From: Rhodobacter capsulatus SB 1003
GTDB lineage: Bacteria; Pseudomonadota; Alphaproteobacteria; Rhodobacterales; Rhodobacteraceae
Direction of reading: 5' to 3'
DNA length: 32,000 bases
Assembly: GCF_000021865.1 (NCBI RefSeq)
Contig: NC_014034.1
Coordinates: 2,730,001-2,762,000 of the forward strand
In this document: positions 1-8,824 of the stretch, one piece after another
How the letters are laid out: every line of letters begins with the position of its first letter
Position numbering within the stretch: position 1 is the stretch's first letter
Program-made: the position numbers and the translations under genes
The notes under the pieces: model-generated
Database searches by the model: none
Seen by the model: only the letters and a program-made list of their open reading frames with translations
Told to the model about the DNA's origin: nothing

Positions 1-465
1 GAGGATCGTCGCCTGAAAGGCCACCGCGGCAACAAAGGCGCGGTGCAGCATGAAGACGCCCCCGGCCAGCATGCCGGAACAGACAAGCAGCACCACCAGA
101 GGCTCCCCGATCTGATGCAGGCCGATCACATGCAAGGGCAGCACCGCCCAGGGCACGGCGAAAAGCACCGAGGTCAGGATCAGCCGCCGCGCCGCCCGCG
201 CCGAGACCCGTTCGACCTGCCGCCCGGCCGCACGGCGCGACATCCGGCTGAACGCAAACCCCAACGCCAGGACCGACCCGAGCCAGATCGCCACGAAGGT
301 GTGGTCATCCTGGCGCAGCGTTTCCAGCCCATAGATCATCGCGTTCAGCGCGGCCACCAAAGCCCCGACCGAGGTTCCCTGCACGACACTGGACACATCT
401 TCCGGGCTGGGATGCTTGGTCAGCATCGCCCGGATCCGGGTCAACAGGAGCGGTATCAGAGCCAA
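1..465 (-). CDS. Integral membrane protein, N-terminal part (gene continues past the left edge); possibly the membrane module of a signalling protein
   Basis: Absent from the ORF track because it is open to the window edge. Hand translation of the minus strand gives ...AIWLGSVLALGFAFSRMSRRAAGRQVERVSARAARRLILTSVLFAVPWAVLPLHVIGLHQIGEPLVVLLVCSGMLAGGVFMLHRAFVAAVAFQATIL, with several hydrophobic helices and normal composition. The listed + ORF 43..528 is R/P/H/Q-rich shadow. In-frame stop at 478-480; candidate starts are TTG at 465 or ATG at 426. Confidence 0.4.
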   Translation of the reverse strand, partial: MALIPLLLTRIRAMLTKHPSPEDVSSVVQGTSVGALVAALNAMIYGLETLRQDDHTFVAIWLGSVLALGFAFSRMSRRAAGRQVERVSARAARRLILTSVLFAVPWAVLPLHVIGLHQIGEPLVVLLVCSGMLAGGVFMLHRAFVAAVAFQATIL

Positions 466-569
466 AACATCAGTCTTTCACAGGAGTCGCGGCCCCGATC
501 ATGGCGGCAAATGGTAACCAGCCCCTGAAGACGGCCCGAAAAATCCCGCCCAAGGCGAAAACGCCCGCC

Positions 570-3326
570 TCAGCCCAGCGCGAGATCCTTGGCCCGCAGC
601 CCGTCAGCTTCCAGAAACCCGGACATAAAATCCATGGCGGGCAGGGGCTTGGCGAAATGATAGCCCTGCCCCAGATCGCAGCCATGCTGGCGCAGCCAGA
701 CCACCTGCGCGGGTGTGTCGATGCCCTCGGCGACGGTGCGCAGCCCCAGCGCCGCCGCCATCGCCAAAGTGGCGCGCACGATCGCATCCGAGGCGAAATC
801 GCCCAGCGCGATGCGCGAGACGAAACTGCGGTCGATCTTCAATTCCTTCAGCTGCAGCTTTTGCAGATAGCTGAGCGAGGAATAGCCGGTGCCGAAATCA
901 TCGGCCGAGAGCTCGAAGCCCGCAGCGAGCAGCGCCTCGATGCTCTCGCGCGCATCGGAATTCAGATCGACGACGGCGCCCTCGGTGATCTCGAACAGCA
1001 CATCCTCGGGGCCCAGACCCGCCGCCGCCAGATGCGCCAGCACCGCCTGCCCGAAGCGGACGCGACGCAGGCTCTCGGGCGAGAGGTTGATCGAGATGCA
1101 CAGCTGCTGGCCGCGCCCGCGCAGCGTCGCGACAAAGGCGCCCACCAGATCGATCATCAAAAGGTCGATGTCACGCACGAGCCCGGTCTTTTCCGCGATC
1201 GGCATGAAGATGTCGGGGCCGATCCCCGCCAGCGCCGGATCGGTGCAGCGCACCAGCGCCTCGGCCCCGGCCAGACTGCCGTGATCGAGCAGATTGATCT
1301 TCGGCTGCAGATAAAGCGCAAAGGCGCCGTCGCGGATCGCGCGTTGCAGCGATTGTCCGATCATCGCCTCCTGCGCCAGCCGGTCGCGCAGCTTCGGCGT
1401 GAAGGGCACGGCGCGGTTGCCGCCCAGCGCCTTGGCCTCGTACATCGCCAGATCGGCGTTCAGCCACATTTCCTCGGGGCTGTGCGCATCCATCGGAAAC
1501 AGGCTCATCCCCATCGAGGCGGACAGATACAGCGGCTGGCCGTCGATCTCGAAGGGTTCGGCGAAAGCCTGCGCCAGCGCCGCGGTCGCCGCCTCGGGTT
1601 CCTCGGCCAGACGGCCGCGGCTGAGAAAGGTGAATTCCTCGGCCCCGACCCGGGCCAGCAGCTGGTCGGGTTCGCGCAGCGCCTCGAGCCGTTCGGCGAC
1701 CTTGCAGATCACCCGGTCGCCCAGCTGCGGGCCGAAACGGTCCTTGATCTGCTGGAACTGGTCGATCGACAGGAAGACCTGCTGCAAGAGATCGCCCGCG
1801 GGGCGCGCGCGCAGCTGCGCCGGGCCGACCTGGGCGCGGAAGGATTCGCGATTGGGCAGCCCGGTCAGCGCATCATGCGTCGCGGCATGGCTGGCCTCCT
1901 CGGCGGCCTGGGCCAGACGCCGTTCGTCCATCAGCCTTTGCGTGATGTCGGAGACCGAACAGACCACCTGCACCGGCCCGCCGCGCGATTCCATCGGCGC
2001 CGCATTGACCGAGATCACCCGCTCCGTCCCGTCCGGTCGCGGCAGGGTCAGGCGCAGGTCGTTCAGCGTCTCGCCGCCCTGCGCCACGCGCTCGAACGGA
2101 AAGCCCCGCCCCGCCCCGGTGCCCTCGCGCGGACCGTAAAGCCAGCCCAGCGCCGCGTGACAGCGCCCGACCAGACCCGCGCCGGTGGTGTCAAGGATCT
2201 GCTCCGCCTCCATGTTGGCAAAGACGATCACCCCCGAGGGATCGAAGGCCAGGATGCCCGAGACCGAGGTTTCCGTCAGCCGCTGCAGGAAGTCGTTCTT
2301 CGCGATCAGCTCGGCCTCGAGCAGCTTGCGGCGGGAAATGTCGACATGCACCCCCGAGAGCACCAGCGCCTCGCCGGTCGCGGCCATTTCGACGGCGCGG
2401 CCGCGCGACAGGATCCAGACCCAATGCCCGTCGGCATGGCGCATGCGGAATTCTTCGGTGAAGAAATAGTCCCGGCTGCGGAATTTCGGCGCCTGGGCGG
2501 TGTTCAGCCGCACCATGTCCTCCGGGTGGACGAGCGCGCGCCAGTCGTCGATCATCAGCGGCACGGGCAGGTCTTCGGGCTTGCGGCCGATGATCTCGGC
2601 CCAGCGGTCGTTGATCACCAGCCGGTTCGTGCGCAGATCATGCCGCCAGGTGCCCACCTGCCCGCCGGCGATGACATCGGCCAGACCCCGGATCGCCTCC
2701 TGCTGGTCGTGCACGTCAAGGGCGAAGCCGAACAGCCTGCCGCCGGGATCGCGCAGGGCGCTATCGACATCGGTCACCACCTTGATCCAGCGGTAAGTGC
2801 CGTCACGGTCGCGGATCCGGTGCACATGCGGCGGGATCGGCACCCGCCCGCCCGCGAAAATCTCGCGGTGCAGCGCCATGTGGGCGTTGAAACTCTCCAT
2901 GTCGTCGGGATGGATCAGCGCGCGCAGCTCGGTTGTCGGCACCGCCTCCCCCTCGCGCCAGCCGATCCGGCGCGCCAGGATGCCGGAGGTGCGCAGCCAC
3001 AGGACCCCGTGGCGGTCGACGAAGCTTTCCCAGTCGCAGCCCCCCGCCGCATCCAGCGCCCCGCGCAGCCGGTCCTCGGCCTGCGAGACGGCCTCGAACG
3101 CGGTTTCCTGCCGCGCCAGCGCGCCGCGCAAGATCCCCCAGAGCGCCAGCGAGGTCAACGCGATGAAGGCCCAGCCCTTGAAGGTCTGATAGGATTGATA
3201 TTGCTGATAATCCGCGGAAATCGCGGTCAGCATCCGGTCGCTGGTCAGGACGTAGAGCACGCCCACCAGCGCATAGGCCGCGGCAATCCGGAACGCCGTC
3301 AAGTGATGAACCAGTTTGGCAGGCAT
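570..3326 (-). CDS. Membrane-anchored PAS/PAC-GGDEF-EAL cyclic-di-GMP signalling protein (non-canonical GAEEF site, intact-looking EAL)
   Basis: 918-aa ORF. N-terminal hydrophobic helices, repeated PAS-like blocks, a GGDEF-domain core RVGAEEFTFL, and EAL-domain motifs EALVRC, DDFGTGYSSLSYL, KIDRSFV, QGYHFAKP. The antisense 994-aa ORF (501..3485) is R/G/Q-rich shadow. Confidence 0.9.
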   Translation of the reverse strand: MPAKLVHHLTAFRIAAAYALVGVLYVLTSDRMLTAISADYQQYQSYQTFKGWAFIALTSLALWGILRGALARQETAFEAVSQAEDRLRGALDAAGGCDWESFVDRHGVLWLRTSGILARRIGWREGEAVPTTELRALIHPDDMESFNAHMALHREIFAGGRVPIPPHVHRIRDRDGTYRWIKVVTDVDSALRDPGGRLFGFALDVHDQQEAIRGLADVIAGGQVGTWRHDLRTNRLVINDRWAEIIGRKPEDLPVPLMIDDWRALVHPEDMVRLNTAQAPKFRSRDYFFTEEFRMRHADGHWVWILSRGRAVEMAATGEALVLSGVHVDISRRKLLEAELIAKNDFLQRLTETSVSGILAFDPSGVIVFANMEAEQILDTTGAGLVGRCHAALGWLYGPREGTGAGRGFPFERVAQGGETLNDLRLTLPRPDGTERVISVNAAPMESRGGPVQVVCSVSDITQRLMDERRLAQAAEEASHAATHDALTGLPNRESFRAQVGPAQLRARPAGDLLQQVFLSIDQFQQIKDRFGPQLGDRVICKVAERLEALREPDQLLARVGAEEFTFLSRGRLAEEPEAATAALAQAFAEPFEIDGQPLYLSASMGMSLFPMDAHSPEEMWLNADLAMYEAKALGGNRAVPFTPKLRDRLAQEAMIGQSLQRAIRDGAFALYLQPKINLLDHGSLAGAEALVRCTDPALAGIGPDIFMPIAEKTGLVRDIDLLMIDLVGAFVATLRGRGQQLCISINLSPESLRRVRFGQAVLAHLAAAGLGPEDVLFEITEGAVVDLNSDARESIEALLAAGFELSADDFGTGYSSLSYLQKLQLKELKIDRSFVSRIALGDFASDAIVRATLAMAAALGLRTVAEGIDTPAQVVWLRQHGCDLGQGYHFAKPLPAMDFMSGFLEADGLRAKDLALG

Positions 3327-3522
3327 GGAGGCTTTTCGCGTGAGTTCCGGGGTCAGAAGAAGTCGGACACGAACGCGGACGATGTGTCAATCGCCGTGAA
3401 CGCGCGCTTTCGAAATACCCCGGCAGACTGCACCCAAGCTGTGAAGCAATCCTTGCGTTTTTGCGAAACGCGATTGAATCTCTGACGTATTTTCATGATT
3501 TTCTGCCCGGCGGACAGCCAAA

Positions 3523-3548
3523 GGCCGACGATCCGGGGACCGTCGGCC
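3523..3548 (-). terminator. Hairpin downstream of fruA (putative intrinsic terminator)
   Basis: GGCCGACG / CGTCGGCC 8-bp stem with a 10-nt loop, 23 nt after the fruA stop. On the minus strand it is followed only by a short TTTGG tract. Confidence 0.45.
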
Positions 3549-3570
3549 TTGAGTTCGCGGCCTTGCCCGA

Positions 3571-5307
3571 TCAACTGCGGGCGCGCTCTTCAGCCGGGAT
3601 CGGCTTTTTCAGCGCGATCAGCAGACCCGTCGTCACCAGCGTGCCGACAACGATCGAAAGCGCATAAAGCCCGAGGTTCGTCACCGCATGCGGGATCGCC
3701 AGCACGAAGATCCCGCCATGCGGCGCGACCAGCAGGCAACCCAGCGCCATCGACAGCGCCCCGGTGATCGCCGAGCCGACGATGATCGAGGGGATCACCC
3801 GGGCCGGGTCTTTCGCGGCAAAGGGAATGGCGCCTTCGGTGATGAAGGACAGGCCCAGCACCGCGGCGGCGCCCCCGGCTTCACGTTCTTCCGCGGTGAA
3901 GCGGTTCTTCGCAACCAGCGTCGCCAGCGCCAGACCCAGCGGCGGCGTCATGCCCGCGGCCATCACGGCGGCCATCGGCGCATAGGTGCTCGAGGTCAGC
4001 AGGCCGACGGCGAAAGTATAGGCGGCCTTGTTGATCGGCCCCCCCATGTCGACGGCCATCATGCCGCCAAGGATCAGGCCCAGAACGACGGCATTGGTGG
4101 TGCCCAGCCCCTGCAGGAAGGCGGTCATCGCGGCCAGGATCGCCGCCACCGGCGTGCCGACGACATAGACCATGATCAGCCCGGTGATCGCGGTCGAGAG
4201 CAGCGGCAGGATCAGGACGGGCTTGAGCCCTTCCAGCGTGCGCGGCAGCTTGATCGCATCGCGCAGCCAGCGCGCGACATAGCCCGCCAGGAAGCCCGCG
4301 ACGATGCCGCCTAGGAACCCGGCATTCAGGTTCACCGCCAGCATGCCACCGATCAGACCCGGGGTCAGGCCGGGACGGTCGGCGATCGAATAGGCGATGA
4401 AGCCCGCCAGAACCGGCACCATCAGCTTGAAGGCGGCGCCGCCACCGATCGCCATCAGCGCCGCGGGCAGCGTGCCCTCGACCTCGAAGGCCTTGATCCC
4501 GAAGACGAACGAAAGCGCGATCAAGAGACCGCCCGCCACCACCAGCGGCAGCATGTAGGACACGCCCGTCAGCAGGTGCATATAGGGGCCCGAGCGGGTC
4601 GCGGCGCGTTGCGCCTTGAGCGCATCGACCGTGTCGGCCAGGTTGGTGCCCAGCACGACGCCTTCGGCCAGGGCCGCATCGAGCACCTTGGCCGCGCCCT
4701 TCACCGCCGCGCCGACCGAGGTCTTGTAGACCTTTTTCCCGGCAAAGCGGCTGTCATCGACATGGGTGTCGGCCGCGATCACCACCAGATCGGCGGCCTG
4801 GATCTGCGCCGCGCTCAGCGCGTTTTGCGAGCCCACCGAGCCCTGCGTCTCGACCGCGATTTCCCAGCCGCGGGCGGCGGCGGTCTTTTTCAGCGCATCG
4901 GCCGCCATGAACGTATGGGCAATGCCGGTCGGACAGGAGGTGATCGCCACCACCCTGAGCGGCCTTTGGCCTGTATCTGTCGTCATTTGCGGGGTCTCCT
5001 CTCCGGTCAGGGCAAGGGCCTCGGCCAGAACCGCCGCCGTCTGGGTGACGGCGCGGGCAGTCGAGGTCCGGTAAACGGGTTTCGTGACGAAGCGCACATC
5101 CTCGATGCGGAGGTCGGCGGCGATCAGCACCACATCGGCGGCGGCGATCTCGGCCCCCTGCAGCGGCGCCTCGACGCCCTCGGCAGAGTGGCGTTCGACA
5201 CGGATCTGATGGCCCAGCGCCTGCGCGGTGGCGCTCAGCGCCTCGGCGGCCAGATGGGTATGCGCGACGCCCTTGGCCCCGGCGGTCACGGCAACGATCT
5301 TCGACAT
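3571..5307 (-). CDS. fruA: PTS fructose-specific EIIB'BC component
   Basis: 578 aa. Degenerate N-terminal IIB-like repeat (GAKGVAHTHLAAEAL), a second IIB with the phospho-Cys motif ITSCPTGIAHTFMAADAL, then a polytopic IIC membrane domain. Strong SD GGGGAGGAACCC directly upstream of the ATG. Sits in an operon with fruK and fruB. Confidence 0.93.
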   Translation of the reverse strand: MSKIVAVTAGAKGVAHTHLAAEALSATAQALGHQIRVERHSAEGVEAPLQGAEIAAADVVLIAADLRIEDVRFVTKPVYRTSTARAVTQTAAVLAEALALTGEETPQMTTDTGQRPLRVVAITSCPTGIAHTFMAADALKKTAAARGWEIAVETQGSVGSQNALSAAQIQAADLVVIAADTHVDDSRFAGKKVYKTSVGAAVKGAAKVLDAALAEGVVLGTNLADTVDALKAQRAATRSGPYMHLLTGVSYMLPLVVAGGLLIALSFVFGIKAFEVEGTLPAALMAIGGGAAFKLMVPVLAGFIAYSIADRPGLTPGLIGGMLAVNLNAGFLGGIVAGFLAGYVARWLRDAIKLPRTLEGLKPVLILPLLSTAITGLIMVYVVGTPVAAILAAMTAFLQGLGTTNAVVLGLILGGMMAVDMGGPINKAAYTFAVGLLTSSTYAPMAAVMAAGMTPPLGLALATLVAKNRFTAEEREAGGAAAVLGLSFITEGAIPFAAKDPARVIPSIIVGSAITGALSMALGCLLVAPHGGIFVLAIPHAVTNLGLYALSIVVGTLVTTGLLIALKKPIPAEERARS

Positions 5308-5325
5308 GGGTTCCTCCCCTGCGGC

Positions 5326-6276
5326 TCAGACGGGCGGCAGCGTTTTGACGGTGACGGTGCGGGCCAGCGCGGCAAGGCGCTCCGGCGGCGGCAGATGCGG
5401 GCCGATCTCGCCCAGCGCGCCCAGCGAAAAGGCGGTGGCCAGACGGGCGGTCTCGGCCAGGTCGAGACCAAGGGTGGCGGCATGGATCAGCCCGGCCACC
5501 ATCGCGTCGCCCGCCCCCACGGTCGAGGCGATGGGGGTTGCGGGCGGGATCGCCAGCACCGCCTCGGCGCCGCGCACCAGTACCGCGCCCCCCGCCCCCA
5601 TCGAGACAGCGACCAGCCCGACGCCCGAGGCCGCCAGATCGCGCGCGGCCTCGCGCACGCTCTCAAGGCCGGTCAGGGTGCGGCCCAGATGCGCGCCCAG
5701 TTCCGCGACATTGGGCTTGACGATGTCGGGCCGTGCCGCCAGCGCCAGACCGAGCGCGGGCCCCGAAGTGTCCAGCGCCACCCGCGCGCCGCCCTTGCGG
5801 GCAAGGGCCGCCAGTTCGGCATAGGCCTCGGCGCCGATCCCCGCGGGCAGGCTGCCGCACAGCGCAACCCAATCCAGGCCCTGCGCCAGAAGCTCGGTCA
5901 GGGTCGCGGCCACGGCGTCGAGATCGGCAGGCCCGGCGGCGATGCCCGGAAAGTTCAGATCGGTGACCTGATCTTGCAGCGGATCGACGATCTTCACATT
6001 CGTCCGCGTCGCGCCGGGCAGACGCTGACAGGCATCGACCAGCCCCGTCGCCGCGAAATGGCGCGCGAACAGCGCCGCATTCTCGGCGCCGAGCAACCCG
6101 GTCACCGCGACCCCGTGGCCGACATGGGCCAGGAAGGAGGCGACATTGACCCCCTTGCCGCCCGCATCGATGCGCGAGGCGGCCACCCGGTTCACCGCAT
6201 CGGCGGTGAAGCCCGGCACGGTCACCGTCTGATCGACGGCGGAATTGAGCGAAACCGTGGCGATGCGCAGCGTCAT
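5326..6276 (-). CDS. fruK: 1-phosphofructokinase (PfkB family)
   Basis: 316 aa with PfkB signatures DAGGKGVNVA and GAGDAMVAG. The ATG overlaps the fruB stop in an ATGA (6273-6276). Confidence 0.93.
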   Translation of the reverse strand: MTLRIATVSLNSAVDQTVTVPGFTADAVNRVAASRIDAGGKGVNVASFLAHVGHGVAVTGLLGAENAALFARHFAATGLVDACQRLPGATRTNVKIVDPLQDQVTDLNFPGIAAGPADLDAVAATLTELLAQGLDWVALCGSLPAGIGAEAYAELAALARKGGARVALDTSGPALGLALAARPDIVKPNVAELGAHLGRTLTGLESVREAARDLAASGVGLVAVSMGAGGAVLVRGAEAVLAIPPATPIASTVGAGDAMVAGLIHAATLGLDLAETARLATAFSLGALGEIGPHLPPPERLAALARTVTVKTLPPV

Positions 6277-8756
6277 TTCAGCCCCCGCACTTCGGCCGCG
6301 GTCGTGCAGGCCAGCGCGCGGCGCGCCAGATCCCGGTTTTCCGCCATCGCAGAGTGGCGCAGCTGCGCCTTGATCCCCGCCACCGCCGGGATCGAGACCG
6401 AGAGTTCCCGCACCCCCAGCCCCGAGAGCACCGCCGCCCCCACCGGATCGCCCGCGATGCCGCCGCAGGCGCCGACCCAGATCCTCGCGGCCTCGGCCGC
6501 GCGCACGGTGCTGTCGATCAGCCGCAGCACCGCCGGATGCAGCCCGTCGGCCTGTTTTGCCAGCACCGGATGCATCCGGTCCATCGCCAGCGCATATTGC
6601 GTCAGGTCATTCGTGCCGATCGAGAAGAAATCGACCCGTTTCGCCAGTTCCGGCGCCATCATCACGGCGGAGGGGATCTCGATCATGATGCCGATCTCGA
6701 CCGGCGCGGCGCCGACCTCCAGCCGGACCTCCTCGGCGATGCGGCGGGCGGTTTCCAGCTCCTCGATCATCGCGATCATCGGGAACATGATGCGGACCTG
6801 CCCCCCGGCCGAGGCGCGGTAGATCGCCCGCAGCTGGGTGCGGAACAGGTCTTCGTGCGACAGGCAAAAGCGGATGCCGCGCTCGCCCAGGAACGGGTTT
6901 TGTTCAACGGGCATGCGCAGATAGGGGATTTCCTTGTCGCCGCCCACATCCAGCGTGCGGATGATGATCGGCAGCCCGTTCAGCGCCGAAAGCATGGCGG
7001 CATAGATCGCCAGCTGTTCGTCTTCGCCGGGCGGGGCCTCGCGGTTCACGAACAGGAATTCGGTGCGCAAAAGCCCCACGCCCTCGGCCCCCGCCTCGAC
7101 CGAGGCGATGGCCTCGGCCACGTCGGAGATATTGGCGACCACCTCGACACGCGCGCCATCGACCGTCAGCGCGGGCTTGTAGCGTTCGCGCGCCTCCAGC
7201 TCGCGTTGCGCCGTCAGCGCCGCCATCGCGGTCTCGGCCCGGGCCTTGTCAGCCTCGGTCGGAGCCACGACGATCACGCCCGCGCCGCCATCCAGCAGAA
7301 CCGGCGTGCCGGTCGCAAGATCAAGGAGCCGCGGCCCGACCCCCGCCACCGCCGGAATATCGAGCGCGCGGGCAATGATCGAGGTATGCGAGGTCGGCCC
7401 GCCCTGCGCCGTGGCAAGGCCCCGCACCAGCGCCGGATCGAGCCGCGCGGTATCGGAGGGCGTCAGGTCATCGGCCAGAAGGATGCAGGGCGCGGTGGGC
7501 AGATGCGTCTCGCCCGTCCGCACCCGGCCCAGATGCTGCAGCACGCGCTGGCCCGCATCGCGCAGATCGATGGCGCGGCCCGACAGCACCGCATCCTTCA
7601 TCGCCCCCAGCATGTCGGCGCGGTCGGAAAAGACCCGGTGCCAGGCAAACCCGGCCGAGCGGCCCTGCCCGATCAGCGCCTTCGCCTCGGCGACCATTTC
7701 GGGGTCGTGCAAAAACTCCTGATGCGCGCGGAAGATCGCGGCGCGGGCGGGGCCGGATGTCTTCCAGACCTCGTCGTGCAGCTCTTCCAGCTCGTGCCAG
7801 GCGGTCTGCAGCGCGGTGTCGAGCCGGTCGGTTTCAAAGGCCGCATCCGCGGCGTCGGTGTCAAAGACCACCTCGTCGCGGGCAAAGCGGAAGACGGGGG
7901 CAAGCGCGTAGCCCGGCGAGGAGGAGATGCCCACAAGGGTGCGCCCCTCGTAGGATGCCATCGACGCCCCCGCCCCCGTCAGACCGGGCGTCGCGGCTTC
8001 GGGGGCCGCCGCACCGGTATCTTCTTCGTCTTCAAGCCCGGCCTCAAAGGCCGCGGCGATCGCCGCCAAAGCCGCGGTCGCATCTGCCCCTTCGGCGCTG
8101 ATGCGCAGGGCCGCGCCCTGCGCCGCGCCCAGATTGAGCAGCGAAATCAGGCTTTTGCCATTCGCGACCTTGGCGCCGTTGCGGATGCGGATCTCGGCCG
8201 CAAAACCCTTGGCCAGATCGACCAGCGTCGTTGCGGGCCGGGCATGCAGCCCATGCGCGCCCGTCACCACCACGTCGATGCCCTGCGCGAAATCCGCGGG
8301 CGTCTCGGCCGGGGCCGCCACGGGCGCCGCCGCCCCGGTCAGCCGCGCCACGATCACCGCGGCGTCCAGCGTCGTCGCCAGCCGCTCGGCCTCGGCCTCG
8401 TCGCCCAGAACGTCGGTCAGGTTGCTCAGCACCTGCAGGTGTTCATCCGATTTCGCCGCGATCGCGACGACCAGACGCGCGGTGTCGCCCGGCGCCCATT
8501 CGACCCCCGCGGGCAGCTGCACCACCGCAATCGCCGTGTCATGGATCAGGTCGCGGTCCTGCGGCAGGCCATGCGGTATAGCGATCCCGTTGCCCAGAAA
8601 GGTATTCGCGACGGCCTCGCGGCCCATCATGCTCTGGCCGTAGCGCGGGTCGATCTTGCCCGCCGCGGTGAGCAGGTCGACGGCCTGCGCGATGGCATCG
8701 GCCTTGTCGGTGGCCGTCTTGCCGATGGCCACAAGTTCGCTGGTCAGGGGTATCAC
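6273..8756 (-). CDS. fruB: Fructose PTS multiphosphoryl transfer protein (EIIA-Fru / HPr-like / Enzyme I fusion)
   Basis: EIIA motif GNGIAIPHG, HPr-like GLHARPATTLV, EI motifs GGPTSHTSIIARALDIPAV and IGTNDLTQY. The track ORF starts at 8855, but GTG at 8756 is preceded by AGGAGGAACC and removes an R/S/P-rich 33-aa extension. This gives an 827-aa product. Confidence 0.92.
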   Translation of the reverse strand: MIPLTSELVAIGKTATDKADAIAQAVDLLTAAGKIDPRYGQSMMGREAVANTFLGNGIAIPHGLPQDRDLIHDTAIAVVQLPAGVEWAPGDTARLVVAIAAKSDEHLQVLSNLTDVLGDEAEAERLATTLDAAVIVARLTGAAAPVAAPAETPADFAQGIDVVVTGAHGLHARPATTLVDLAKGFAAEIRIRNGAKVANGKSLISLLNLGAAQGAALRISAEGADATAALAAIAAAFEAGLEDEEDTGAAAPEAATPGLTGAGASMASYEGRTLVGISSSPGYALAPVFRFARDEVVFDTDAADAAFETDRLDTALQTAWHELEELHDEVWKTSGPARAAIFRAHQEFLHDPEMVAEAKALIGQGRSAGFAWHRVFSDRADMLGAMKDAVLSGRAIDLRDAGQRVLQHLGRVRTGETHLPTAPCILLADDLTPSDTARLDPALVRGLATAQGGPTSHTSIIARALDIPAVAGVGPRLLDLATGTPVLLDGGAGVIVVAPTEADKARAETAMAALTAQRELEARERYKPALTVDGARVEVVANISDVAEAIASVEAGAEGVGLLRTEFLFVNREAPPGEDEQLAIYAAMLSALNGLPIIIRTLDVGGDKEIPYLRMPVEQNPFLGERGIRFCLSHEDLFRTQLRAIYRASAGGQVRIMFPMIAMIEELETARRIAEEVRLEVGAAPVEIGIMIEIPSAVMMAPELAKRVDFFSIGTNDLTQYALAMDRMHPVLAKQADGLHPAVLRLIDSTVRAAEAARIWVGACGGIAGDPVGAAVLSGLGVRELSVSIPAVAGIKAQLRHSAMAENRDLARRALACTTAAEVRGLK

Positions 8757-8824
8757 GGTTCCTCCTCGGCATCGGATGTGCGATGCTCTTGCAGGCGACG
8801 AAGCGCCCGGCAGATGAATGGAGT

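Noticed and set aside
536-566. Possible terminator after the GGDEF-EAL gene
   Set aside because: Only 4-bp GGCG/CGCC stems in alternative pairings lie near a T5 run on the minus strand. This is too weak to annotate.
501-3485. 994-aa + strand ORF
   Set aside because: It is antisense to the PAS-GGDEF-EAL gene. Its R/G/Q/H/P-rich low-complexity translation has no motifs, which is the classic shadow ORF of high-GC DNA.
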